A stretch of DNA of 61,437 nt, filler included, from Globobulimina sp. (lineage: Eukaryota): NCBI GenBank assembly GCA_003354225.1. It is 15 parts of 15 records of this genome, joined end to end, with 100 filler letters (N's around TTAATTAATTAA, not from the genome) between each part and the next. Parts side by side here need not be neighbours in the genome. Positions count along the whole stretch, not along the records: positions 1 to 4,006 come from PIVH01001752.1; positions 4,107 to 8,112 come from PIVH01001753.1; positions 8,213 to 12,218 come from PIVH01001754.1; 12 more parts are not named here. One strand, given 5' to 3'. The stretch's first letter is position 1. Each line of letters starts with the position of its first letter. The notes under the pieces were generated by a model. That model was not told the DNA's origin. It ran no database searches and worked only from the letters and a program-made list of their open reading frames with translations. Both the position numbers and the translations under genes were made by a program. Below are positions 1-12,040 of this stretch, piece by piece.

Positions 1-353
1 AACTTTTGCAACATCTAGTAGATCACTCTTAAAGTCAGAAAAAAGTTCAGCGAAAAAGTGTTTTTACTTACAAACAAAGTTTAGTTATAGTTTACAATAA
101 TATTTGCAATAATATTTGCAATAAAAACGAAAAAAAAAGACAAACACACACACACACGGTTGGAAAAATAGTATTAATAAAGATTATATAAATATGCATA
201 ATTATATATATATAAATATAACAATGCTGCAAGAAAACCAAACAACGAAAGTAATTACAGGTTTACCGACAGCGGCGTCAGAGACAGCGACAGATGGTTT
301 ATAGCATTTGTACCACTACGTATACTGCAGTACAAAGTTTACAAACCGACTAG

Positions 354-1811
354 TCACAATTTGAGATATTTATCTTTTACCTTTTTGACATTTTGAAAAA
401 TAAAATCCTTTACAAATTCAACAGAACATCCACTAAATTTTGCAATATTTTGTAATCTCTGCAAATCGCTCCATTTGTCATCGATCGGGGTACCAATATT
501 ACTCATCACTTCCCTGTCAATTTCATACTTAAAATGGTAATAATAATCGACTAACGCATCTACCATAAAATCCAAATCATCAAAATCCACAATTTCTTCT
601 CTGACAATATCAACATTCTGACTATTATTCAGCAAAAATGGGTGTTGCAATAACTGCGTCGCACTCCATCGCTTCGCGGGCTCTCTCTCCAAGCATTTAT
701 TCAGAAAATCAATTAAATCCGCATTTGTTTCACCATATTTCCGCATAATTTCGTCACAAATCGTAAATGGAACAGCCTCGTTTTTGTTTATAGTCTCATG
801 CTCCATCAACAACTCACAAATAGTAATACCAAATGAATAAATATCCGATTTAGTACCATATCTAATTGGAGTAACAAAGCGTTTTTCATAACTTTGGTAA
901 AACTGCGTTCCACATTGCTTCGTCAACTTCGTATCCGCGTTTTCCATCTCTTCAACACACCCGAAATCACTTAATTTTACCTCACCGGCGTCATTAAATA
1001 AAATGTTTGCAGGTTTTATATCATTGTGTACATAAAAGTCACTATGTAAACAATTCAACGCTTCCAACACACACAACGATATATGTTTGATTTGCTGCAA
1101 GTCGAACTTTCGTTTATTTTTATCCAATGAGGCCATGTTCATATATTCCAAGGCAATGGAGATTTTGTGCTCGTTGTCGTCAATGCCAGATTCGATCATG
1201 TCTATAATGTACGGACAGTCATGGAATTGGCTACAAATTTCGATCTCTTTTTTAAATGAATGTATGGCCACATTGCTCTCGCTCGATCGACACTGTTTGA
1301 TGGCGACGATTTGGCAGCTGTTGAGGTGAAAGGCTTTGCTCACAACGCCAAAGGCGCCATGGCCAATTTGGTACATAAATTTAAAGTCATTGAAGGGGAA
1401 TGTTTCCAGTTCTTCCGTGTCGGCCTCACTGCTCGCAGAGCACGACGAGGACAGAGAGGAATTGAAATAATCCATTTCCATCTCTACGCTCAGATCGCTA
1501 TCAGCTTCGAGTTCTAATGATAATTCAAAGGGCAATGTGAGTTTAACGATGGGGGGTTTGGAAGAGTCGCAGTTTAGATTTAAAGTGATTTCGCTGCTTT
1601 CGTTCGTCTCAAACTCAAAAGTGTCAGATTCATGTTCGATATCTGAATGTTGACTATTTTCCACATCGGATTCGTAGACAATGTACTCGGGGAACTTGTA
1701 GGTGTTTGCGAGGTTAATGGATGAATACGCAAACGGTTTGGTGACGCGATGTAGTGGCAAATGGCGGCTCCGATAGAGTTGGAGTTGGTTGGCGCTCCGA
1801 TATTCGCTCAT
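354..1811 (-). CDS. STE/MAP2K-like Ser/Thr protein kinase
   Basis: IGHGAFGVV, VAIK, ISIALEYM, HNDIKPANIL, KLSDFG and SDIYSFG motifs; acidic N-terminal extension; likely ATG start at 1811 (the ORF-track start at 1880 is TTG). Confidence 0.85.
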   Translation of the reverse strand: MSEYRSANQLQLYRSRHLPLHRVTKPFAYSSINLANTYKFPEYIVYESDVENSQHSDIEHESDTFEFETNESSEITLNLNCDSSKPPIVKLTLPFELSLELEADSDLSVEMEMDYFNSSLSSSCSASSEADTEELETFPFNDFKFMYQIGHGAFGVVSKAFHLNSCQIVAIKQCRSSESNVAIHSFKKEIEICSQFHDCPYIIDMIESGIDDNEHKISIALEYMNMASLDKNKRKFDLQQIKHISLCVLEALNCLHSDFYVHNDIKPANILFNDAGEVKLSDFGCVEEMENADTKLTKQCGTQFYQSYEKRFVTPIRYGTKSDIYSFGITICELLMEHETINKNEAVPFTICDEIMRKYGETNADLIDFLNKCLEREPAKRWSATQLLQHPFLLNNSQNVDIVREEIVDFDDLDFMVDALVDYYYHFKYEIDREVMSNIGTPIDDKWSDLQRLQNIAKFSGCSVEFVKDFIFQNVKKVKDKYLKL

Positions 1812-2044
1812 TGTCGGCGATTTAATTTGCACTTCTTGCACATCTGAAGTAAATATTATGTTGACAAATGGTAGAGGCAATTGCTTAATTGGATTATTTT
1901 CATTTGGACATAATATGTTGAAATACCTTCTGTTTCTAATGAGATCAAACTGCGAAGTGAATTCATTTTAGTTTGTATTAGCTAGATGTTGCAAAAGTTA
2001 GTGTTGATGTTTTTTAGTTAAGGAAGCAAAAACATCTATCAACA

Positions 2045-4006
2045 ATGAGTAAATCACCCGAATGCATAGCACCCAGCGCTTTTGATGTGATTGAACGACA
2101 ACAATCAGCCAAAGTTGGCATATTTAATTTAATATCAACAATGATTGGTGGCGGTGTGCTATCGTTACCCTTTGCAATGTCACGCAGCGGATTGTTACTA
2201 GGTTTTATTATGTTAACAATATCGGCCATTACGTCTGTATTTTCATTCGATATTCTTGTATCATCGTCGCGGAGAACGGGAGCTATGACCTATCAAATGA
2301 TTGGATTCTTTGCCTTTGGAAAACGTATACAATCAATTATCACATTTCTTATTTTTTGTTTAACCATTACATGCGGCATCGCCTATTGTGTATTGGTCGG
2401 CGATTTAATTAAGCCAATTATTTGTTATTTGGGGACAATGTCTCCTACGCAATGCAGCGCAGAATGGCTCCGAAGATTAGTCATTGCCGGAGGCATATTC
2501 TGCGTCGCTCCCTTTTGTTACATGCGTCAAATCAAAGCATTGCAATATACCTCTTTCATCTCCATTACATCTGTCATTATTTTAGCAGCAATTATTGCAA
2601 GCAAAACAGCGACAAACTTCGATGTACCGCACGATATTTACTATATAAATCAGAATGGCTTGAAGCAAACCTATACAATGACTGAAGACATTCGATTATT
2701 CCCAGACTCCATAGGTTTGATATATTCAACACCGTTTTTCAAATTGAACGCACTTTAAATACCAATAACTGAATGAATGTTTTCCACGTTGATATACAGA
2801 GGATGTGATTTATGTGTTTCCAGTATTTTTCGTATCCTTTCTGTGTCACTTTAATATCCCCCAAGTTCACGCAGAATTGACTCGGCCCACTCGGAAGAGA
2901 ATGAGAATGATTTTGGTCACAGTTGTTTCAGTCTGCTACATATTATATGCAACAGTGGCATTTTTCGGATATTTTTACTCCTTTCAGTACACCTGCGGCA
3001 ATATACTGTTAAATTATAACCAGAATGATCCCATTGTGACCATTGCTCGATTATGCTTAGGCTTTGTCATATTATTCACATTCCCTTTGTTGATATTGCC
3101 AGCCAGGAGCTCCATGCACAACTTATTGAATTTGATATATACATTCAATGGCATGAATGTCGAAGATAATGAAAATGGATCTTTCTACGAAGACAGCCGA
3201 AGTGAGATATCATCCAAACATGCTATTGACAGTGACTCTGAGTCTGGCTCTGAGACACAAATATCAGACACATCAGAATTTGGATTATTTGGTAGCGAAA
3301 ACATGAAAAATAAAACCGTTGGAGGGGAAAATGTTGCCGTTAATAATATTAAACCAATCAAGAAATTGCAAGTTGTCAATAGAAATTTAGCATCGTATGC
3401 ATTGACACCACCTCTGGTTAGCATGGGTTCACCACACAGCACATATTCGCGCTCAACCAATCATTTGTTGTCGCAACAGCGACGAAACGTTACTTACAAC
3501 ACTTTCAATGTTAATACAACACAGAAATTGAACACTGATAAAAAAGCGATAGCGACACAATCCTCCAGCGCATTGAGACATTTTCTAAAATCAAAAGATG
3601 TGAAAATTATTAACTATGAACATGATGACAATGGATCAGAAGTTATGTTATATGAAATACTTTTTTATATTATTATGTTCCATATATAACAGCGGAGTTA
3701 TCGCAGCCACCACAGCCACCACAGCTCGTTTACAACGCGTTCCTTTTCTGTGCTCGATTCGCCGTTACGAGAGCCCTCAGACGCTCTGGGAATCATTAAT
3801 AGTCCGCAAGATATTGAATCGTTGCGAGGTAAAGATTTTACGAAACATTTTAAAGATTTGCAAAGTGCAAAATTTTATAAGCCAACTACAATTTGGTTGA
3901 TTGGAGAAACTACGATCATGATTGGCTTAGCTTTGTTTGTTGCATTTTTAACTGAGTCGGTGATGGTTGTTTGGAGTTTTATGGGTTCCACTGTCAGTTT
4001 TATGAT
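2045..4006 (+). CDS. SLC38/AAAP amino-acid transporter, multi-exon, 3' truncated
   Basis: FNLISTMIGGGVLSLPFAM, SFLCHFNI, GNILLNY, FMGSTVS; ORF pieces linked by short GT-AG introns near 2715-2800 and 3640-3690. Confidence 0.88.
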
Positions 4007-4106
4007 NNNNNNNNNNNNNNNNNNNNNNNNNNNNNNNNNNNNNNNNNNNNTTAATTAATTAANNNNNNNNNNNNNNNNNNNNNNNNNNNNNNNNNNNNNN
4101 NNNNNN
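4007..4106. other. Artificial contig spacer (N44-TTAATTAATTAA-N44); recurs at 8113, 12219, 16325, 20430, 24534, 28636, 32738, 36840, 40941, 45041, 49141, 53241 and 57340
   Basis: Identical 100-bp linker with stops in all six frames; contig lengths fall monotonically from 4006 to 3998. Confidence 0.98.
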
Positions 4107-4443
4107 GAAGAATATTCTTAGATTGTTTACCAAAAACGTTTCAAATTCTATTCTAACGATTACTTTCCCCGTACTTTGATTTAGAGGCTCTCACATCAGG
4201 TGGATGGTGATAACGATACATAGGATCTAAAAAGTCTAAAAAGAAATCCCTAAAGTATTTGGAAACATGTCATCGTAGATAGAATCCAGAAGTTTAATAA
4301 GAAAGTTTCTTACGTTTAAAACTAAGTATTATAAAATATTAGAAAGAAATGAAAAAGCAAAAACACAACAAACCAAACAAACTGACATAAACAATTTGGA
4401 AAGTTGAAAAATAAAATATAACAATGAACAAAACCACTTTAAT

Positions 4444-5272
4444 TTACCAAAATAAACTAAAAAATACAATTAACATCGATATCACAATAACCATTGAATG
4501 CATTACATTATATCTCGTACCATTGGAAGTCACTGAATTTCCTCCATTCAACTCTGAATTATCTTGACGCGCTGCATCAACCCGATAATAATTTTCATTC
4601 GTCACAATATCATCCTCCTCATTTGCCTCTACATCTGCATCAGCATCTGAATCCTCTGAATCCTCGGATATACTTAAAACATCACTATCATCGCTATCAC
4701 TGTCATCATCACTATCACTATCACTACCACTGCTTGTTTCAGAGTCATCATCGCAAATACAGTCATCTTTTGATTTTGTTGTTCCAGGTTCACTGTCACT
4801 GTCACTGCCACTGCCACTGCCACTGCCACTGCCGGCACTAGACTCACTGCCACTGTTGTCACTATCCAACAACCTTCGAATACGTCGTGTGCCATCACTA
4901 TATATGATTGTACATATTTAATTTGTGTTTGGGTTTGTGGTTGCACACTCACAGAAACAATTGTACTTACCTTTGCGTTGTACAAATACATGCTTTTGTT
5001 GATACTGCAATTGTCGATGATGATGATTCTGTGGTTGATATGTGATCGGTGGTACTCGGTGGACAAGTAACAACACTGCAAGCTTCTTCGTGACACCACC
5101 CGTTATTGTCACTACAAGCACAACAAGAGCCTGATAAGGGAGATGCATTGGCACAGTCTGCCACTGATAAGAAGTCTTTCCCATCGGATAGGGCCACCGA
5201 ACCACATGTTGCAGCTTCTGCTGTTGCATATTTTGTGTAAAATATCAACAATGACACTAAAATGAGTTTCAT
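4444..5272 (-). CDS. Secreted or surface-anchored Cys-rich then Asp/Ser-rich protein (2 exons)
   Basis: Signal peptide MKLILVSLLIF; Cys-rich exon 1; GTAAGT donor near 4970; RRLL motif; SG and DS repeats; hydrophobic C-terminus. Confidence 0.65.
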
Positions 5273-5367
5273 TTGTGGAAATTGGGTTGTTGAGACTTGC
5301 GAGAGGAGAATGACGAGAGATCGGTTTTGCAGAGGATTTTTATACTTGTGAAAATGTGTGAATAAGC

Positions 5368-6807
5368 ATGAGATCAAAGGGTAGATTATGTTGTTCAATT
5401 ATATTTTGGATATCAGTGTTCGTAATATGTGGATATTTATTTTACACTGCATCAATATTACCAATGCTGCTAAATAATCATCGACTGCGTTTTAGCCAAC
5501 TTAATACATTTGAAATATATGACATGCAAATGTCAAATTGGTTTAATAAACAGATATCAACACAAGGAATGACAATACTAACATTTAAACAACAAATTGA
5601 TTACAAATATGAATATCTGTTAGTTATTTTCGATTCACTTAATACTTCCGAATCTGTCGACGCAATTACGACCACGACGGACAATCTTTCATTATATCAA
5701 ATATCCTGGGATGAATTTAGTATGTTTATGGATTCGACATATGACGAAAATCAGTTGTATATCATTCAATATTCGGCATCAAAATGCAACAACACTTTTG
5801 CAAACTGTTTCAAATCTAATTATGATATTAATCCTGAAACAAACAATACAAATCATATACATTTAACATATACGCCCATAAATAATACTTTATTCATTAA
5901 TTTCGACAGCGAACTAGTTAGCACACTAATGGATGCTCCAAGGGATGTTTTAATGGCTATATTTTGTGTTTTTTCCACTGCATTAATTGTTGCTATTTAT
6001 CATTTAATGTATACCCCAACGTTAACAAAACTATGTTTTATATTCTTATGCGCACTCTCAGTCATATTTGGCACGTATTTTCTATGGATTTGTTCCTTGA
6101 CATTTATCCCAGTTTGGTTTAGTTTACCCAATGGAAACGATTTTGATTATGTTGAGATTGTGAGCCATTCCTTAGTGTATACAGTAGGAGACTATAATTT
6201 ACTTTTTTGGGTAATTGGTGTTATGATTCATGCGGTTTGGGTGTGGAGTTTAACATTTTTATTTCCATTTATTGCGTGTATTTATGGATTTGTTTTATGT
6301 GTAAATTGTTGTGACCAAAATAGAGCGGATAAATGTGGAATGTATATTGTATTGCCAACAATATGTATAATTTTATTTATTATTTTGCTAATGTGTCTTG
6401 GATATGTGGTGCTATTTATTTTAAATTTGTTGTCATGGAATACAATTACATACAATATGGATGAAAATGAAGATTACTTTATTCAAATACTAATCGGAAT
6501 GGGTTGCATTTGGATACTTATTCCATTGTTTGGAGTTATAATGAGTAGCATAGCAAAATATATTCCAAACAAATACTCTTCAAAAGTCGGCAAAAGTGTT
6601 ATAAAATTACCGATTATACGGTCCGTCAGTCAACAACACATTGATATGTTTGATGATGAAAATAGCAAAGAAGGAGAAGAATGTGATGGAGAGAGAATGT
6701 ATGAAAATGAAACCATCGGAATGGCATTGTATGCCCACCACATTACTACGGATAATGATGAGGATGAAGATGAAGATGCTGATGCTGGTAACAATTATGA
6801 TTTGTAA
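5368..6807 (+). CDS. Hypothetical multi-pass membrane protein
   Basis: 479-aa ORF with an N-terminal TM segment, about 5 further hydrophobic segments and an acidic tail. Confidence 0.7.
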   Translation: MRSKGRLCCSIIFWISVFVICGYLFYTASILPMLLNNHRLRFSQLNTFEIYDMQMSNWFNKQISTQGMTILTFKQQIDYKYEYLLVIFDSLNTSESVDAITTTTDNLSLYQISWDEFSMFMDSTYDENQLYIIQYSASKCNNTFANCFKSNYDINPETNNTNHIHLTYTPINNTLFINFDSELVSTLMDAPRDVLMAIFCVFSTALIVAIYHLMYTPTLTKLCFIFLCALSVIFGTYFLWICSLTFIPVWFSLPNGNDFDYVEIVSHSLVYTVGDYNLLFWVIGVMIHAVWVWSLTFLFPFIACIYGFVLCVNCCDQNRADKCGMYIVLPTICIILFIILLMCLGYVVLFILNLLSWNTITYNMDENEDYFIQILIGMGCIWILIPLFGVIMSSIAKYIPNKYSSKVGKSVIKLPIIRSVSQQHIDMFDDENSKEGEECDGERMYENETIGMALYAHHITTDNDEDEDEDADAGNNYDL

Positions 6808-7065
6808 TAACACTGCAATTTTTGTTTAAAACCACCATCGACATATCTATTATTCTTAAAAACGCTTTCTATACAATATTTTTATTTATTCTGTATTCAA
6901 AATATGTTGCTTCGTTTTTCTAAACCCTAAAGTCGGAAAGCCGACCAAATGCGAAAATGTTTTTTTAATTGAAAAATATTATAAATCGCACAGATTAAAA
7001 GATACTAAGATATGAGCTATATCGTGAAATCACAGCATATCATATGATGATAGTCACATTATTGA

Positions 7066-8112
7066 CTATTTAAATAATTTATCGGCTTGTTTTGCAGTCA
7101 ATCGTGGCAATGGATGTGCTTCCGTATTAAATACATACTTCTTTATATCAATAACATCATCATCACAAAACAACAAATATAAATATTTTAACGTTTCAGC
7201 CAAGAAAAAAGATTCCATTTTATCGCCTTTAAATGTAATATGCGCTTTCGAGTTTACAGTCACATCATTAATTGACCCGTAACCACATCCAATCCCTTGA
7301 TCCATTTTCGTATATTCTCTAAATGCCAAAAATATTTTATACCCATAATTTCTATATTTCTGTTTATGTGTAATTCGCCATAAATAAAATATAGACTCCA
7401 CCGTTTCTGGTCGCAATAAATTATGTTTGTCCCTTGCATGAATATCAAAATCATTTTTTGTATCCGTACGTGAGAAATACACAATTTCCGGCGCCAAATG
7501 TGTCGGTGTTTTCTCATAAATTGAATAACAACTTTCTGTTAACTCACTACCAAAATTAAAATGCTTTTGTTTCAATTCATTCTCAAAATCATTATCCATT
7601 TCACACGAACCAAGAGCTAAAGCACCACCCATGAAACATACCAAATGATCAAATTGATCCGACAGTGTCGCTCCATTCTTCTCTGCAATATACAGCATAT
7701 TATTTGCTGCAGTATACTGAAACAACTCTCTTTCCGCAGTATTTATGGAATCAATATACATATTCCATATAACATCACTCTGTGGATGTCGGCCCAATTG
7801 CAGTCTATCTACAAATAATTGCAATGTGTCAGTACAAATATTATTACATAAAAACATACGGTACTTTCAAATAATATTCATAAGTGGAATCAATCCGGGA
7901 TCCAAATGATATTCTACCGTCAGTAAACAAGCCACTATTTACACCTATAAACTTCCTCAATAATGGAGGATTTGCTCCTTTTTGTGCAGCAATCACTTGT
8001 AACTGTGCCTTCCTTGCAGTATTTGCATATTTATTATCATTTGTCAAATATGATAAATAATTGAATTCCAACTGAATTGAGGCAGCTTCAGAGGTCGCGG
8101 TTGCAGATTGTG
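7066..8112 (-). CDS. GH47 class I alpha-1,2-mannosidase, 5' truncated, with intron
   Basis: DSTYEYYLK, DHLVCFMGG, LAPEI, LLRPETVES, MESFFLAETLKYLYL, FNTEAHPL. Confidence 0.95.
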
Positions 8113-8212
8113 NNNNNNNNNNNNNNNNNNNNNNNNNNNNNNNNNNNNNNNNNNNNTTAATTAATTAANNNNNNNNNNNNNNNNNNNNNNNNNNNNNNNN
8201 NNNNNNNNNNNN

Positions 8213-8387
8213 CTGCATTTGCGGAGCATGCGTGTCATAGCAGAGGCTCGTGTTTATTTAATTAAATAATATAATAATATCCATAATTCCATATCCATTC
8301 CATTGTTCACCGTAGGATTCGAACCTACATCATTCCATTTGGTTTGCTCTGCCATTCAAACCAATGCTCTGCCAATTAAGCTAGGTG
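8213..8387 (-). repeat. tRNA-derived (SINE-like) repeat, copy 1
   Basis: Reverse complement of 12041-12218; Pol III A-box TAGCTTAATTGG and B-box GGTTCGAATCC. Confidence 0.75.
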
Positions 8388-8578
8388 TCCATTTTTCTTA
8401 ATTGTAGCATTTTCCATTATTAAAAAAGTAAATCTGGAGAAGCGATTTTTAGATTGCTTTGAATCGGTTTCATACGAATTTAATACTAAATTGGGTTAAA
8501 TTCATTAATGGGAAACCGATTTAAAGTTGCCAGACTAAAGCGGAAGTGACATGTAATTAACTTTGAAAGTACTCGAGT

Positions 8579-8648
8579 TAAGAAAAAGTTAGTTGACTTT
8601 GGTCTAATCACAAAAGAGGTGTTTAGAAGTTTAAGCATAAAAAGTCAA
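8579..8648 (+). repeat. Dispersed repeat, uninterrupted copy
   Basis: Matches the reverse complement of 11690-11733 joined to 11853-11879. Confidence 0.65.
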
Positions 8649-8655
8649 ATGCTTA

Positions 8656-10317
8656 TTATTTGATAAAAAAGGTTTTTGTTATTTTACAAAAATCGCCATT
8701 GTTACGCAATGACATTGCCGGATACCAATGTGTAATGCCTGGTATATTTGTTGGTAATCGGATGCTACAAAGTGCATTATTTTCATTATTTACATAAAAA
8801 TTTAATTTTGATTCCTGTATAACATATTCAATTCTCAATTCACCTTCGGATAACTGTTTATGTTCAACCTTTTCACCGTCAGCTTTCCCAGCTTCATATA
8901 TGTAATTTGAATAACAATTTATTCCATACGCATCTTTCAATTCGTGATACACACTTTTACTAAAATCTTTTGTTCGGTTTGATACAACGCCCCAAAATGG
9001 AACGCAATCGCCCCAACTACACCTCAATGATGTATAAAATCCCCATGTGATATAAGTTAATTTCTGATGATTATTATTTTTTGTGGGCATTGCCAATTTT
9101 AATCTAACTGACCCTCCATATGGACTCTTAATTGGATTACATAAACAATTTACTTCTTTGCCCTCACTCGCAATTCTCATCCGTGATGAATCAGTACCAA
9201 ATGAATCAAATATCATTTGTGATAACATCGTTGACATTGCATCAATCTTTGTCTTAAAAGATACAGATTTAGAAAATGCACCCCATCCAACATTGTTTTG
9301 TGATGCTGCACGGACTGAATATATTGTTGATTGGTTCAAGGATTTAATTTCATATTCAACTGAAAGCTGACCAGCAGACTCTATATTTACTGAGTTCCAT
9401 TCTAATTTTTCATCATTTACATCATTACCATTACAAGCAACATATTCTATTTTATGGGCAATGCAATTCTTTTGTTCCTCGTTGGTTTTAATCGTTATAT
9501 TTGCCGAATTATGCGTCATTTTATTGACTTTAATGGAAGGAATTACACACTCTCCGTCACTGACTGCGCCAATGTGTGATAATATGGCATTAATATTATT
9601 AATATCAACTGTCACCTCAATGTTGCCATTTTTAACTGGTCTCAATATATATATTGCATTTAATAATTCTTTTGCTTGTGATAATATTTTAATTTTTCTT
9701 TTTGTTGCATCCATACTCATATCTTTCATCATATTTTGGGTCACAGCATAAAATTCATCCAATTTCTCTGCAGATTTGCTTAATTTATTTTGTTGCTCGG
9801 CTAATTTATTGCGTTTTGCATTGGTTACATGCTTTAATGTGGTTAATAATTGATTGCGTCTCTTATTTGCATTGTTTATGATATTATCAAAATTATCGTT
9901 AATAATACTCTCACAAACTTGCGAATTTTGCTTTAATTTTTTCATTGTGGAAGATATTGCTGTTATGGCTTCAGTTATTTTTATGCTTTGTATCTGTACA
10001 CTATTTGCCGCATTATGCTCTTCTGTGGATACAATTGATATTTTGGTGGCATTTAATATTTTATAAATTGTTGAATCGGGCACTTTGCGGACAGCATTGA
10101 CTATTCTTGCGATGGCTTTTGAACTTAATCCAATATCTTTTAACATGTCTCGTAAATCATTCTCTGCGCTGTCCATTAAATCATCAAAATCTATGTCGTG
10201 TTCCACTAATTGTTGATACCATTCCAGTTTTAATTTTGAATTTTGGGAAACGAATATTTTTAATTCATCACTTTCTTCCATACCTTCGGCTCTAACGGAT
10301 GTTTGGGAAAACGCCAT
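8656..10317 (-). CDS. TRIM-like protein: SAM-like, coiled-coil, FN3 and SPRY-like domains
   Basis: FN3 signature LNQSTIYSVRAASQNNVGWGAFS; heptad-rich middle; C-terminal LNFYVNN...WYPAMSL. Confidence 0.75.
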   Translation of the reverse strand: MAFSQTSVRAEGMEESDELKIFVSQNSKLKLEWYQQLVEHDIDFDDLMDSAENDLRDMLKDIGLSSKAIARIVNAVRKVPDSTIYKILNATKISIVSTEEHNAANSVQIQSIKITEAITAISSTMKKLKQNSQVCESIINDNFDNIINNANKRRNQLLTTLKHVTNAKRNKLAEQQNKLSKSAEKLDEFYAVTQNMMKDMSMDATKRKIKILSQAKELLNAIYILRPVKNGNIEVTVDINNINAILSHIGAVSDGECVIPSIKVNKMTHNSANITIKTNEEQKNCIAHKIEYVACNGNDVNDEKLEWNSVNIESAGQLSVEYEIKSLNQSTIYSVRAASQNNVGWGAFSKSVSFKTKIDAMSTMLSQMIFDSFGTDSSRMRIASEGKEVNCLCNPIKSPYGGSVRLKLAMPTKNNNHQKLTYITWGFYTSLRCSWGDCVPFWGVVSNRTKDFSKSVYHELKDAYGINCYSNYIYEAGKADGEKVEHKQLSEGELRIEYVIQESKLNFYVNNENNALCSIRLPTNIPGITHWYPAMSLRNNGDFCKITKTFFIK

Positions 10318-10612
10318 GCTAAAAGTCAACAGATCAGATTATCCGTCAGGTTTTGCAGTAATTAGAGAGTTAGGAATGACGCATAATTCATATTACATGG
10401 CAATACATGCAGCTGTGTTAATAATTAGTGATTTTGTTGTTGTCATACAGATTGCATGTTTGAACAATTTGAAATCCTATGGAGATTTACATGCAGTGCA
10501 AGGATACTGTATAGAATTTCAAAAGAAAAGTGTTTCTAAAGTATACAAAAGTACTATTTATCTCGATTTGTACTGAATAAAAACTTTCACAAACACCAAA
10601 TATGAAATATAC

Positions 10613-11341
10613 TCAAAAATCATCATCGGCATCTTCACTTTCTTCATTTTCACTTTCTTCCAGTTCCTCTCTCCGATGCTCTGATTCTACAAAATTATGT
10701 CTACGATATATGATATTTTTCAATGTTGTATCTCTAGCATAAATCAAGAATTGCCATCTTTGTCTAGGTCTTGGTTTCCTCATTCCTTTCTGCCCCATGA
10801 TATAAACATAAATCCTATCCATTGGCAATATATATTCAATTTTATTCGGAGCAATTAATTTCATAGATCCTGTTGGGCATAAATTTATATTCCATTTCAT
10901 TTTATAATCCAAAAACCCGACGGATAATCTGGTCTTATTTCAAATATCTGTTTGTTGTCCACCACTAATTTGTCATTATCATAAAAACTTTTATCATTTA
11001 TTGGTTTATAAATATTTTTATAAACATTCATTGAGATACTGATTTTTTTTATTTTTCTTATTTTTTGTATCCTCTTTTATCCATTTTATTTGTTGAAATA
11101 TGATGTTTTCAATATTGTCATAGTTTTGATTGGAGGAATTTTCAATTAATTTTGTTATATTTTTAATATTGTAAGATATCACATCTTTAATTTCCTGTTC
11201 TGTCATTCCTCTCCATTTTAAATAAGAAGACCTAAAATTAGAAAGAAATGAGTTCTCTTTATCCAGTAACGATTGTTTAACAGCTATTTGTTGATCAGAC
11301 AGTATTGTTGCTTCATATTTTCTTCTATTTTTTCTTCTCAT
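10613..11341 (-). pseudogene. Broken hypothetical ORF in two frames
   Basis: 107-aa and 99-aa colinear pieces separated by stops or a frameshift; no family recognised. Confidence 0.35.
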
Positions 11342-11730
11342 TCTTGTGATACAGCCAATTGTGGAGCTGGTTTATGACTATGTATTGTAAGCTAACGTAT
11401 CCCACCGGAGACCAACCTATATATATTGGCAACGTTACACAACGATTTAGAACTGGTTTATGCAAAGCGGAATGTACCAATAATAATCAAGGCGATAGTT
11501 GCAAAGCTGTGGGGAATGATAAAATTTGACCCTAGGCCCTAGTTTCCATCACAATTATGGCAACAAATTGTAACAACTTCAAACTTTTTTCCCACTGGTT
11601 TTTCTCTGAAACAACAAAGTAAATGTAAACTGTACAGAATGTATAGCGATTAGTGTATACGCATACTTATGAATTAGATGAGTAATGAATTGACTTTTTA
11701 GGCTTAAACTTCTAAACACTTCTTTTTGTG

Positions 11731-11852
11731 ATTGGCAAGGTTTTTGGGTTAGCTAGAGTGGTTTTTAACCTAGTATTCGAAGTTGACCTAGGATTCGAAT
11801 CCTAGTATTCAAAGTTGAAAACCACTCTAGCTAACCCAAAAACCTTGCCAAT
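11731..11852. mobile_element. MITE-like element with 35-bp perfect terminal inverted repeats
   Basis: ATTGGCAAGGTTTTTGGGTTAGCTAGAGTGGTTTT (11731-11765) and its exact reverse complement (11818-11852); interrupts a repeat that is intact at 8579-8648. Confidence 0.8.
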
Positions 11853-12040
11853 TGACTAGTGCCAACTAACTTTTTCTTATCTTCTACTACTTAAATACTC
11901 AAAAAGCACTTAGTCAATTGCCTGCTGGGAGCGTGGATTAATTAAAAGTACTCATTCCACTCCTCCATTGACCATAATATATACTCAAAAAGTCATTTGA
12001 AAAATAGTCCTCCACAGAGGAATTAGATAATGCTGATAAG

